In this document: one piece after another, positions 1 to 8,770 of the stretch
How positions within the stretch are numbered: the first letter of the stretch is position 1
How the letters are laid out: each line of letters opens with the position of its first letter
Virus record (IMG/VR): IMGVR_UViG_3300032330_000840
Coordinates: 1-62,668 of that record
Length of the DNA: 62,668 bases
Direction: 5' to 3' (one strand)
DNA from: a virus
Taxonomy: Duplodnaviria > Caudoviricetes
Position numbers and translations under genes: made by a program
The notes under the pieces: model-generated
What the model was told of the DNA's origin: nothing
What the model saw: the letters and a program-made list of their open reading frames with translations, nothing else
Database searches by the model: none

Positions 1-156
1 CTGACGGAGGAAGAGATTAAAACTACTTTGTCCCAGCTTTATTGCGATATAAATCAAATGAAAGTAACGCCTGATGATCGACCACAGAAAGAAACAGTAG
101 GATTTCTTTTTGCAAAAGGAATTGAAGCCAAGCTCAAGGAGAAGAATGGTTTATAA
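1..156 (+). CDS. 5'-truncated hypothetical phage protein
   Basis: Frame 1 reads LTEEEIK...FAKGIEAKLKEKNGL*, a C-terminal motif I recognise from small phage proteins; not in the ORF track. Confidence 0.7.
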   Translation: MTEEEIKTTLSQLYCDINQMKVTPDDRPQKETVGFLFAKGIEAKLKEKNGL

Positions 157-177
157 TGAAACGCAAGGAGCTTCACT

Positions 178-633
178 ATGAACATGGAAGAAATGATTTT
201 TGAGCATTTGAGATACACGCCACAAGATGGAAAAGTTTGGTGGATTAAACATCCAAGGCGATCCACATCTGATGGTGCAGAGGCGGGCAACATGATGCAA
301 AACGGATATCGCAAACTTAAATTTTGCGGCAAACAATTTTTGGTTCATCGTATTGCTTGGCTTTTGCATCATGGGGTTTGGCCTGTTGGTGACATTGACC
401 ACATTGATGGCAACCCAGCTAACAACAAACTTGAAAACTTGCGTGACGTATCGCATCGCGTCAACATTCAAAACCGCAAAGCAGCTACAGCCAAAAACAA
501 AACAGGTTTTCTTGGGGTGGTTAAACGCAGAAACAAGTTTGCTGCACATATCCATCGCAATGGAAAGCAAGTGTATTTGGGTTTATTTGCTACCGCAGAG
601 TTGGCGCACCAAGCATACAAGGAGAACACATGA
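178..633 (+). CDS. HNH endonuclease with C-terminal AP2-like DNA-binding domain
   Basis: HRIAW..HHG, IDHIDGNPANNKLENLR (HNH); TGFLGV, YLGLFATAELAHQAY (AP2-like). Confidence 0.9.
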   Translation: MNMEEMIFEHLRYTPQDGKVWWIKHPRRSTSDGAEAGNMMQNGYRKLKFCGKQFLVHRIAWLLHHGVWPVGDIDHIDGNPANNKLENLRDVSHRVNIQNRKAATAKNKTGFLGVVKRRNKFAAHIHRNGKQVYLGLFATAELAHQAYKENT

Positions 634-884
634 CCAAACGAGACTTTGAACTTGCAAAGCAGGTTGATCTCATTCAATGGGATGCATTACCTTCAGGCGC
701 TAAAACGCCAGATCATGCTAGTGTTGTTAAAGCACAAAAGTTCGCCGACCTAATCCGTGCTGATGAGCGTGAGGCTTGTGCGAAGGTGTGTGACGCACAT
801 AAGGCAAAAGAAAACCTATTTGCAGAAGAACGATACGCAGCGCATTGGCTTGCCGAGGCAATCCGAGCAAGGGGGAACACATGA
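630..884 (+). CDS. hypothetical phage protein
   Basis: AGGAG SD, ATGA overlap, FADLIRADEREACAKVCD motif common in phage ORFs. Confidence 0.75.
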   Translation: MTKRDFELAKQVDLIQWDALPSGAKTPDHASVVKAQKFADLIRADEREACAKVCDAHKAKENLFAEERYAAHWLAEAIRARGNT

Positions 885-1339
885 GGGTAGGTATCAGCCC
901 ACAGTTTGATATGTCCAAGCCCGATGTGATAGACAGGAATGGGCCAGGATGGTCGGTGCAAAGGGTTACGCAAGCCATCGCAACTGAATTGGTGTCAGAA
1001 ACAGGTACATACATCACAAGGAAAGCAAAAATGATTTCAACAGACTACGAAAAAGCATCTGAAATTGCAGAGACAGCAGAAAAAATGTTTAAGCGCAACG
1101 CCAGCAACTTAATGGGGGCGGCAGATGAACTGCAAGCCAACATCAAAAAGGTATCTGGCAACGTGCGTAAAGCAGCAGATGACCTGGCGTCAGGGTTAAT
1201 CAAGATGGAGAAGACCGCAAACTTTTCCAACCTGGAGCGCTACGTCACACTACTGGAACGTGCTGCAACTGCTTTATCTACCCTTGCGGAGCTTGAGAAA
1301 GAAGGCAAGCTAAACAAGATTACTACCGCCCTGAAGTAA
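881..1339 (+). CDS. hypothetical coiled-coil protein
   Basis: ATG at 881 overlaps the upstream stop; helical heptad-like C-terminal half. Confidence 0.7.
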   Translation: MRVGISPQFDMSKPDVIDRNGPGWSVQRVTQAIATELVSETGTYITRKAKMISTDYEKASEIAETAEKMFKRNASNLMGAADELQANIKKVSGNVRKAADDLASGLIKMEKTANFSNLERYVTLLERAATALSTLAELEKEGKLNKITTALK

Positions 1340-1351
1340 AGAGCGCAACCA

Positions 1352-1618
1352 ATGCGTAGTTACAACAAACAAATCCGACAAGCACTAAGGGATAACCCTG
1401 ATGGACTTACAGTGGCACAAATAGTAGCCTTGGTTCCCGCGCCAGAGAACACCGTCAACCGACAGTTACGCATGATGCCAGACACCTACATTGACCGCTG
1501 GCAAAAGCGCGGTACGCAAAACTATATCAGTGCCGTGTGGTGTGTAATTGTGCCCCCCGAGGATTGCCCTCGACCATTAACAGCAAAGGAAAAAAATGAG
1601 TCTATCTCCGTTTACTGA
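1352..1618 (+). CDS. small winged-helix/HTH-like protein
   Basis: IRQALRDNPDGLTVAQI..., YIDRW, VWCVIVPPEDCPRP. Confidence 0.65.
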   Translation: MRSYNKQIRQALRDNPDGLTVAQIVALVPAPENTVNRQLRMMPDTYIDRWQKRGTQNYISAVWCVIVPPEDCPRPLTAKEKNESISVY

Positions 1619-1859
1619 AGATCAACGCGCAATGATTAAGTCGTTGAGCAGGCTGCAACCAAGGGGTAGAGACTACTCTGCAGCCCCAAACAAGCCACTG
1701 GAGGCATACATCAAATCAATGCAAAAGCTGCACCCTGAGATGTTCCAGGATGTCAAATCAATGAGGGAGAGGGTCTTTGTGGATGAGCCCTACTCATGCA
1801 GTTTTAAGCGGGCGGTCCGAACTCTTTCCGAGTCACCGTACAGAGTTAGGAATGTTTAA
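1596..1859 (+). CDS. hypothetical protein
   Basis: AAGGA SD, tight operon packing. Confidence 0.65.
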   Translation: MSLSPFTEDQRAMIKSLSRLQPRGRDYSAAPNKPLEAYIKSMQKLHPEMFQDVKSMRERVFVDEPYSCSFKRAVRTLSESPYRVRNV

Positions 1860-1861
1860 AA

Positions 1862-2158
1862 ATGCTATCCACCTACCCGCCATGCTTCAGCTCGGAGAAG
1901 CAACACAAAGAATGGAAGGCGCTTGCTTTCAGAAGCAATTTAAAAAACTTCCACATCTGTGTTGACTGCACACCCAGCTACCAGGCTGAGATGATGTCGG
2001 TGGCGCGATGCCAATCCCCCGATGTTGATGTCAATGTTCTGCATCAGCGGGAAATGGAGGAAGCTATGAAACAAGAGGTGACCGAGGGCAAGATTAAGCC
2101 GGTGGTGGATCATTGGACGGAGATGATTAACCAACTAACCCCAAAGGTCAAAAAATGA
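1862..2158 (+). CDS. hypothetical Cys-containing protein
   Basis: YPPCF, ICVDCTPSYQ, RC; operon packing. Confidence 0.65.
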   Translation: MLSTYPPCFSSEKQHKEWKALAFRSNLKNFHICVDCTPSYQAEMMSVARCQSPDVDVNVLHQREMEEAMKQEVTEGKIKPVVDHWTEMINQLTPKVKK

Positions 2159-2328
2159 AAGATGACATACCAAACTTTGCCGCATGGAGCCACAGCAATT
2201 TGGCTCAATTTGCGGAGGAGTCGTACATTCGTATGCAGGCACAGCATGAGGCCATCAAGCAATTGCAAGGTGATCTCAAAGATGCAATGGTTCAGGTAAG
2301 ACAGTTACTCAAGGAAAAAAATGACTGA
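2155..2328 (+). CDS. 57-aa hypothetical protein
   Basis: Manual translation MKDDIPNFAAWSHSNLAQFAEE...KEKND*; overlaps both neighbours; below the ORF-track cut-off. Confidence 0.7.
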   Translation: MKDDIPNFAAWSHSNLAQFAEESYIRMQAQHEAIKQLQGDLKDAMVQVRQLLKEKND

Positions 2329-3130
2329 AAAAATTTTGCTGGAAAAAATCCGCCTCGATGGTGGAACGCAACCCCGTAAAGAGCTGGACAACAGCCTTGT
2401 ACAGCAGTACAAAGAGCACCTACTGGAGGGCAAGCAATTCCCCGCAGTTGACCTGGTGTTTGATGGCAAGCATTACTGGCTTTCTGATGGCTTTCACCGA
2501 GTACACGCCCACACCCAAGCTGGCTTCAAAGACATTTTGTCCAGCGTTAAAAAGGGAACAAAGCGCGATGCATTCATCTCCTCACTCAAGGCCAACTCTA
2601 CCCACGGCAAACAGCGCAGTCCCGATGAAAGCCGCTACGTTGTTCAGTTGGCTCTTGAGGATATTGAGTTGGGTGAGTTATCCGATAAGCAGATCGCAGA
2701 GATTTGCGATGTAAGCGCAATGACTGTTGGTCGGGTACGCAAGGCCATTGGCTTGGAGAAGAAGCCCACCATTGGTAAAGATGGAAAGCGCCGAGACACC
2801 ACCAACATTGGCCGCAAACCTGTTGTTAAGCCAGTAGAGCCAGCCTATGAAGAGCCAACTGACGATGAAAAATTAAGTGAGCTGGCAACGGAATTTACAG
2901 TGATATCGGAAGAGAATACTCGCCTCAAGGATATGCTTGCGGTTCAGTCCATGCCCGTTTCAGAAGAGGCAAAAGCTGAAGTGCAGGAAACCATTGAGAT
3001 GCTCCGTGAGCAGATCAAAGACCTTGAGTCACAGCTTCATTCCATGACCCAAAGTCGGAATGAGTTCATGTCCAAGAACGCTGAAATGCTGAAGCAGATC
3101 AACTACTGGAAAAAACGCGCAGAGAAGTAA
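2321..3130 (+). CDS. ParB-like N-terminal domain protein with HTH and coiled coil
   Basis: LDGGTQPR, WLSDGFHRVHA (ParB/Srx-like), LSDKQIAEICDVSAMTVGRVR (HTH). Confidence 0.8.
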   Translation: MTEKILLEKIRLDGGTQPRKELDNSLVQQYKEHLLEGKQFPAVDLVFDGKHYWLSDGFHRVHAHTQAGFKDILSSVKKGTKRDAFISSLKANSTHGKQRSPDESRYVVQLALEDIELGELSDKQIAEICDVSAMTVGRVRKAIGLEKKPTIGKDGKRRDTTNIGRKPVVKPVEPAYEEPTDDEKLSELATEFTVISEENTRLKDMLAVQSMPVSEEAKAEVQETIEMLREQIKDLESQLHSMTQSRNEFMSKNAEMLKQINYWKKRAEK

Positions 3131-3166
3131 ACACCGAAGCTGGGCGGTTTCCCAGCAGGAGAGAGC

Positions 3167-4627
3167 ATGATAAATTTAAGACCGCATCAAGCGGATGTTG
3201 TGGCTAAACTCGACCAAGGATTTGCCCATCACCGCTGCCAACTGTTGTATGCACCAACAGGATTTGGTAAGACAGAAGTAGCCATGCACGTTATGGCCGA
3301 ACACGCCAAGCGAGGCATCAAGGTGGCAATGGTATTGGATCGGATTGTGTTGGTTAACCAGACCAGCACACGCCTTTCCAAGTACAAAATCCCGCATGGC
3401 GTCATGCAGGCAGGCCACTGGAGATACCGCCCCCATGAGAGCATCCAAGTCTGCAGCGCACAGACCCTGGAGCGCCGGGTTGACTTCCCGGACGTTGGCC
3501 TCCTGATCATTGATGAGTGCCATGTCCAGCGTCAGAAGGTCATCCAGTACATTCAGGACAACCCACAAATCAAGGTCATTGGCTTGACCGCCACTCCCTT
3601 CACCAGTGGCTTGGGTAACACCTACACCCATGTGGTTGGGGCAAAGCCAACGGGAGAGCTGATTGATGATAAATGGCTGGTTCCGCTCAAGATCTTCATA
3701 GCCAAGGAGATTGACATGACTGGAGCGGATAAAGTTGCTGGAGAGTGGTCGCAGCGCGATACAACAGAGCGCGGAATGAAGCTTACCGGCGATATAGTTG
3801 ATGAGTGGATACAGAAAACCAATCAACTCTTCGGTGGACCGCGCAAGACTGTAGTCTTTGCCTCCGGTGTTGAGCATGGGCGTGATCTTGTACGTCAGTT
3901 TGCTGAGCGCGGCTACAACTTTGTGTCCATCAGCTACAAAGAGGAAGATGACTTCAAGCGTGAGATTATTGAAGACTTCAGCCGCCCTGATACCAAGATC
4001 ACCGGCCTGATCGCCACCGACATCCTCACGCGCGGGTTTGATGTGCCTGACGTAATGATCGGTGTGTCGGCTCGACCCTTCTCCAAGTCCTTCAGCAGCC
4101 ATGTCCAGCAGATGGGGCGCGTTATGCGTCCATGTGCAGGCAAGACGCACGGCGTTTGGTTAGACCACAGCGGCAACTATCTCAGGTTCCGCAAAGAGTG
4201 GGACGACCTGTTCACCGAGGGTGTTACAGAGCTACCCGAAGGTGGGGAGGCAACTAAAAAAGAGCCTCCTGAAAAGCTGAAGAAGGAGTCCAAGTGCGGT
4301 GGATGCGGCGCATTGTGGATTTGGCCTGAACGGCAATGTGGTGAGTGCGGCTGGATCAGACCCATGAAGGAAGTGTTGAACGTCCCAGGGAAGATGGTTG
4401 AGTTGGAGATGGGTAGCACCTCCACTATTGAGAACCAAAACTTGTACTCTGAACTTTTGTGTTACGGGAGGATGCGAGGCTACAAAGATGGTTGGGCGGC
4501 GCATAAGTACAAGGAGAAGTACGGCGTGTTCCCCCGAGGTCTTAGTACTGAGTCAAGGACTCCAAGCCTCAAGACGCTCAACTGGATTAAGAGTAGAAAT
4601 ATCGCATACGCAAAGGCTAGAGCATGA
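3167..4627 (+). CDS. SF2 DExH helicase with C-terminal Zn finger
   Basis: APTGFGKT, IIDECH, GLTATP, TRGFDVPD, QQMGRVMR; CxxC...CxxC. Confidence 0.93.
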   Translation: MINLRPHQADVVAKLDQGFAHHRCQLLYAPTGFGKTEVAMHVMAEHAKRGIKVAMVLDRIVLVNQTSTRLSKYKIPHGVMQAGHWRYRPHESIQVCSAQTLERRVDFPDVGLLIIDECHVQRQKVIQYIQDNPQIKVIGLTATPFTSGLGNTYTHVVGAKPTGELIDDKWLVPLKIFIAKEIDMTGADKVAGEWSQRDTTERGMKLTGDIVDEWIQKTNQLFGGPRKTVVFASGVEHGRDLVRQFAERGYNFVSISYKEEDDFKREIIEDFSRPDTKITGLIATDILTRGFDVPDVMIGVSARPFSKSFSSHVQQMGRVMRPCAGKTHGVWLDHSGNYLRFRKEWDDLFTEGVTELPEGGEATKKEPPEKLKKESKCGGCGALWIWPERQCGECGWIRPMKEVLNVPGKMVELEMGSTSTIENQNLYSELLCYGRMRGYKDGWAAHKYKEKYGVFPRGLSTESRTPSLKTLNWIKSRNIAYAKARA

Positions 4628-5409
4628 GTTTTGAAGAGTTTGCACAACAAAATGGCCTCCTGATCGACCACATAGTCGAGGGGCGTTGGATGCGAGTCCC
4701 CACAGTTGATCACCCGCGCAAAAAGAACGGGGCATATATCTTTGACGGCAGGAGTGGGCTGATACAGAACCACGCAGTCCATGAGTCACCGATCAGATAC
4801 CAGTCTGACGAGCCATACGTCCCTGATCCACACGCAGCAGCCAAGCGGGAGCGGAGAATTGCGGAACAGGCCAAGAAACAGGTGGATGCAGCAAGGAAGG
4901 CGGCGTACATCTTTAGCACTGTTACTGTTGAACCTCACCCGTACCTTGTTCGCAAGGGGTTTCCGGAACCAGCCAAGGTTTGGAATGGCCTCCTGACAGT
5001 TCCTATGCGTGTGGATGGTAGGCTGATTGGCCTCCAGCTAATACAAGAGGACGGGACGAAGCGTTTTTTGTCAGGCCAGCGCACAAAGGGAGCGAGTCTG
5101 ATCATCAACAATCACGGGCCTGATGTGTTGGTTGAAGGGCTTGCCACAGGGCTTTCGGTGCGCCGCGCTCTCAAATCCATGCGGAAGCGGTACACGATCC
5201 ACGTTTGTTTTTCGGCTGGGAACATGGTGGAGATCGCAAAGTCTGTCAAGAATCCACTAGTTATTGCCGACAACGATCCTATGGGTGTAAGTACAGCCAA
5301 AAAAATAGCCTCACGCTACTGGCTAGGTGAGGCTGGGGAAGATTTCAACGATTTCGAGCAGAGGGTCGGAGTCCAGGCGGCTTCCGAGTCCCTCCGCCCA
5401 TTCTTCTAG
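4624..5409 (+). CDS. TOPRIM-domain primase-like protein
   Basis: HPYLVRKG, LQLI..DGTKRFL, VEGLATGLS, IADND, DFND. Confidence 0.85.
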   Translation: MSFEEFAQQNGLLIDHIVEGRWMRVPTVDHPRKKNGAYIFDGRSGLIQNHAVHESPIRYQSDEPYVPDPHAAAKRERRIAEQAKKQVDAARKAAYIFSTVTVEPHPYLVRKGFPEPAKVWNGLLTVPMRVDGRLIGLQLIQEDGTKRFLSGQRTKGASLIINNHGPDVLVEGLATGLSVRRALKSMRKRYTIHVCFSAGNMVEIAKSVKNPLVIADNDPMGVSTAKKIASRYWLGEAGEDFNDFEQRVGVQAASESLRPFF

Positions 5410-5636
5410 AACGTACCTCGTCCCTTGCAGGTAAAGCAGGTTGTATCTTCGTGATACCCCTCCCCGCTCCCGTTGCAGGTTGGGCAAATGCCTGCTTCAT
5501 CATCTTCAGGTAGGTACGCCAGCAAACTTTCGCGCGGGAGGTCAGCAAGCAACTCCACCACGGCGGTGGAGTCCCCAATCTCAAAATCGCGCTTGATTTG
5601 CTCAATGACGTCATTGATTAATTTAGCGTTTTTCAT
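5406..5636 (-). CDS. hypothetical protein with CxxCxGxG Zn-finger repeats
   Basis: CPTCNGSG, CFTCKGRG; start taken as ATG at 5636. Confidence 0.65.
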   Translation of the reverse strand: MKNAKLINDVIEQIKRDFEIGDSTAVVELLADLPRESLLAYLPEDDEAGICPTCNGSGEGYHEDTTCFTCKGRGTF

Positions 5637-5641
5637 GTGGT

Positions 5642-6085
5642 TCACCATGATGATTGGTAGGTGAACCTCCACTCGTCGCCCAGTTCCCTGCTCAGCAGTT
5701 CCTTGAGTTCCTTGTGGGTGCGCTTGACCTGTTCCCAGTAATATCCATCCACTTCAGCGGCTCCGAAAAAGAACCCTCCTTGTGGTGGCAGTAGTTCCGC
5801 AGCCTTGTCGGGGTTGGCTATCACCTCCGCGCACAGTTCCATTAACTCCATCAAGTCGTCAAAACTGACGCAGTACTCCATGCAATTGTCCTCCCCGTCC
5901 TGCACGTTCTCCACAAACCAGTGGTGGATCGCGTTGGCTTTGCGCCAGTACATTCCCTCGTAGTTCAGGTAGGTCAACTTCATCCCATCGGCTTCCGGTA
6001 CGCCATTCGCTGTGGGTACGGCATCTTCAGGATCAGACGACCAGCTAGTAAATTTCTTCGCGTTCAAGTACATATCCAAACCCAT
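5642..6085 (-). CDS. conserved phage protein of unknown function
   Basis: AAGGAG SD before MGLDMYL; YWRKANAIHHWFVENVQ, GFFFG, YQSSW end. Confidence 0.8.
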   Translation of the reverse strand: MGLDMYLNAKKFTSWSSDPEDAVPTANGVPEADGMKLTYLNYEGMYWRKANAIHHWFVENVQDGEDNCMEYCVSFDDLMELMELCAEVIANPDKAAELLPPQGGFFFGAAEVDGYYWEQVKRTHKELKELLSRELGDEWRFTYQSSW

Positions 6086-6121
6086 ATCAATCTCCTTGTT
6101 ACAGTTGTAGCCATCGAATGA

Positions 6122-6159
6122 TGACCCACAAACCCAGCAAGCTGGGCTTGTAGATATCA
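6122..6159 (-). repeat. 38-nt intergenic hairpin, copy 1
   Basis: 35/38 identical to 8156-8193; stem CCCAGC/GCTGGG extended by G-U pairs on the minus strand. Confidence 0.85.
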
Positions 6160-6369
6160 CTCCAGTTCTTTCTTCATAAAATCCTTTGCCTTGCCCCACA
6201 GTAAGTAGGCATCAATCACAGACGTTGCATCGGGATACTGCTCGTAAATTTCATCCTCGTCCACGCCTGCCGCCAGCATCTCAGCGATATGCCTTACCTC
6301 GTCGGCATTGACGTAGGCCATGATGTTCTGATATGCGTCCACAAACGCTTGGATTTCTGCTTTGTTCAT
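6157..6369 (-). CDS. small acidic hypothetical protein
   Basis: GGAGG SD, ATGA overlap. Confidence 0.7.
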   Translation of the reverse strand: MNKAEIQAFVDAYQNIMAYVNADEVRHIAEMLAAGVDEDEIYEQYPDATSVIDAYLLWGKAKDFMKKELE

Positions 6370-6692
6370 TTCAGTTCCTCCGGTATTTCAATTTCCTTGC
6401 CCAGCGTTGCCGCTACATAGCACCGCATGGCGGCGATCAGAGGTGTTGATCCTGTTGCGCCCCATGCCGTCTCAGCAGACAGGTCGTAGCTTGCAAACCA
6501 CACGCCTTGGTCATCGCGCTCGATACCAATGCCCTCGAGTTCAATGATCGCCCCGCCTTGTGCCCAGTCGGTAGCCCAGCCCCACATCCCCCACTCGCTT
6601 GAGGTAACCTCATGGTCAAACCCTTGGCACTTCGTCACCGCCCAATCCAGCGCGGCTCCTGTCAGGTCGTTCACATTCTTAGTAGATTTCAT
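6366..6692 (-). CDS. NinX/DUF2591-family phage protein
   Basis: LTGAALDWAV, TDWAQGGAIIE, TPLIAAMRCYV, EIEIPEEL. Confidence 0.8.
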   Translation of the reverse strand: MKSTKNVNDLTGAALDWAVTKCQGFDHEVTSSEWGMWGWATDWAQGGAIIELEGIGIERDDQGVWFASYDLSAETAWGATGSTPLIAAMRCYVAATLGKEIEIPEELK

Positions 6693-6888
6693 GGGTTCCC
6701 TCCTTGGTGATTTTGACTACACGATAATTTTTGCGGTCATCAGGTATTCGCGCGGCTTGCATCATTTGCAAGTGATCATCCAGTTCGTCCAGCGCCTCGG
6801 CGCGAGTCCGGAATGTCAGCGGCTTATCGTCATCCGTCCAAGTGTTGATCCACTCTCCTGCGTGGTGCAGAGTTTCAACGTGCCACAT
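6679..6888 (-). CDS. hypothetical protein
   Basis: GGGAG SD; WINTW...F.TRAEA..ELD. Confidence 0.7.
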   Translation of the reverse strand: MWHVETLHHAGEWINTWTDDDKPLTFRTRAEALDELDDHLQMMQAARIPDDRKNYRVVKITKEGTHEIY

Positions 6889-7102
6889 GGTTGTCTCCCT
6901 TGATCAGTTGGTCGATTGGCGCCAGCATCTCGTCAAACTGCGCCAACACGTTCTCGCGGTTGCCCTTGAGGCCGAATTCCTTCTTGATAATCGCGTAAAA
7001 ACTCCGTCCTGTGCGGCGCATTCCCTTGACCTCCAGTCTCAGGCCAGCGCGTAGGGTCAGCATCCGGTACTGCATTATTTGGCTCGTTTCTGTCAACATC
7101 AT
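6875..7102 (-). CDS. hypothetical protein
   Basis: GGAGG SD; LRLEVKGMRR...YAIIKKEFGLKG. Confidence 0.7.
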   Translation of the reverse strand: MMLTETSQIMQYRMLTLRAGLRLEVKGMRRTGRSFYAIIKKEFGLKGNRENVLAQFDEMLAPIDQLIKGDNHVAR

Positions 7103-7279
7103 TTAAAAATCCTCCGGTTCAATTTGTTCATCAACATCTGCTTGGGTGTACCACTCCAAAATCTTGGGGTCGTATCGGCTCATCACTTGCTCGTAGCACT
7201 TGTCGCACACACGCGCCAGCGGTATGCCTCGTCCATCGTGCTCCCACCATGAGTCGGCTCGGGTATGGTTACAGTTCAT
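7103..7279 (-). CDS. 58-aa hypothetical protein with CxH/CxxC motifs
   Basis: Manual translation MNCNHTRADSWWEHDGRGIPLARVCDKC...EPEDF*; ATGA overlap. Confidence 0.7.
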   Translation of the reverse strand: MNCNHTRADSWWEHDGRGIPLARVCDKCYEQVMSRYDPKILEWYTQADVDEQIEPEDF

Positions 7280-7959
7280 TGGATTCTCGCAATTGGAATA
7301 ACACGACTAGCGCGTTGGTTGACGATCTTGGTTCTAGTTCCGTGGGCTCGGAAACCCACAATGCTCTTGCGGTCTACCTTTTGGCACAGTTGGCAAGTTG
7401 CACAGGTCATATCCTCTTGTGTCTGCGCGGGACAGACCACAATTGGGCGTCCTGCTGGCGTCATTGAATGGATTGGGGTGTTTACAGGCACAACACACAC
7501 AACAGGCCCCGCGCCAAGGTCAGCTAAATAGTCGGCGTCTGCGGCATCGTTGGCACTCAGATTGATTGTGTACCCCCAGGCATTTGCGTGACGTATCCAT
7601 TTGATTGCCTGCTTGGATCGCTTGTGGGTGTAAGTGAATCCGCGCCGTCCGAAGTTAGCCTGCACGATCATCCCCAGCTGGGTAGCGTCCACGCGCTCAC
7701 CCACGCCCACAATATCGCCCACCACCTCACCGCGCCACAGTTGCCCATCGGGCAGGGCGGCGATCTTGGCGGCTAGCGCGACAGTAGAAATGCCGTCGCG
7801 GTCTGCGCGGTTCCACGCTAATGAGGTGTGGAAGTCATCCCCATAACATCCCTTGCGGTACAGGGCACAGGACGGAGGGCATGACGCCCTCTCGCGGTAG
7901 GTGACAGGGATTGCCCCCACCTTCGAGTTGCCTGATTTGGCGACGAATAGGGTTCTCAC
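7276..7959 (-). CDS. Cys-rich probable metalloprotein (gp88/DUF7227-like)
   Basis: GTG start after GAGGAGG; SGNSKVG, SCPPSC..GCY, FTYTH, INLSA, CPAQ..TCATCQLC, FRAHG. Confidence 0.7.
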   Translation of the reverse strand: MRTLFVAKSGNSKVGAIPVTYRERASCPPSCALYRKGCYGDDFHTSLAWNRADRDGISTVALAAKIAALPDGQLWRGEVVGDIVGVGERVDATQLGMIVQANFGRRGFTYTHKRSKQAIKWIRHANAWGYTINLSANDAADADYLADLGAGPVVCVVPVNTPIHSMTPAGRPIVVCPAQTQEDMTCATCQLCQKVDRKSIVGFRAHGTRTKIVNQRASRVIPIARIQ

Positions 7960-8126
7960 TCTGTCACCTCCTCGTCCACCATGTACGTCGTCACAAGGTA
8001 GCCAGTGCACATCCCTGCCCAAATCAGGGCAAAGCTAGACACGCGCCCATCGGTAAATGCGCCCACGCAGTAGAACACCAGCGCTATGATCGCAATGCCA
8101 GTGTCTGCAATTACTTGTCCGTTCAT
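7956..8126 (-). CDS. small membrane protein (2 predicted TM segments)
   Basis: AAGGAG SD, two hydrophobic stretches. Confidence 0.65.
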   Translation of the reverse strand: MNGQVIADTGIAIIALVFYCVGAFTDGRVSSFALIWAGMCTGYLVTTYMVDEEVTE

Positions 8127-8155
8127 ATCACTCCTTTGGTTGTTGCGGTCAATGT

Positions 8156-8193
8156 TGACCCGCAAACCCAGCAAGCTGGGCTTGCAGATTTCA
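8156..8193 (-). repeat. 38-nt intergenic hairpin, copy 2
   Basis: See copy 1; carries a compensatory A-U to G-C change. Confidence 0.85.
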
Positions 8194-8757
8194 TTAGCGC
8201 GGTTCAATGCCGAAGGTTGTGTACATAAAAAAGTTCCGCACCTCCTTTTGCACCATGTCGTCCAGTTCCACCTCGTTCTCCAGCACTCGCTTTACATCGT
8301 CCGTGACGTCCACGTTGTCCCTGTTCCACGCCTCGATCTTGTCGTCCAGCTTGTCATCCGCCCAGCTATCAATGGCGTCGTCAAATTTGTCCGCAAAGAC
8401 AGCGTCCATGCGCTCGTCCAGTGCCTCGCCCACTTTGTCATTAAGTGCTAAGCAGCGCTCTACAGCTTGATCCACGCGCTCGTCCACCAGCGACAGCAAA
8501 GCGCTCACGGGATCAGGCCGTGCAGCCAGTTGTGCCTCTAGTGCTGACACCTCGGTGACGTACTTTGTGTGCTTTGCCGCCATCTCTTTGATGTGCATTT
8601 GGATCGCGGTATTGAGCACGATGTGGATTGCCGTCCGCATAGCGATAGAATCGGCGTGGCTCATGGCTTTGCTGGCCTCGCTCACCTGTAACAGCGCCTC
8701 ATCCAGCGTGTCACAGGTTGTAAATAGGTTGCTTGCGTAATTTGTGAGCATGATCAT
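8194..8757 (-). CDS. helical protein with highly acidic C-terminal half
   Basis: AAGGA SD; DKFDDAIDSWADDKLDDKIEAW. Confidence 0.75.
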   Translation of the reverse strand: MIMLTNYASNLFTTCDTLDEALLQVSEASKAMSHADSIAMRTAIHIVLNTAIQMHIKEMAAKHTKYVTEVSALEAQLAARPDPVSALLSLVDERVDQAVERCLALNDKVGEALDERMDAVFADKFDDAIDSWADDKLDDKIEAWNRDNVDVTDDVKRVLENEVELDDMVQKEVRNFFMYTTFGIEPR

Positions 8758-8770
8758 CCTTTGGTTAGTT

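Noticed and set aside
178-633. Group I intron or intein around the HNH gene
   Set aside because: Free-standing ORF with its own SD between separate genes; no intron core seen
3139-3156. GCTGGG/CCCAGC hairpin before the helicase SD as a third copy of the early repeat
   Set aside because: Only 6 bp shared and in reversed arm order; more likely a local RBS hairpin
6700-6750. CUGAUGA on the minus strand at 6737-6743
   Set aside because: Inside a CDS with no stem II or GAAA following
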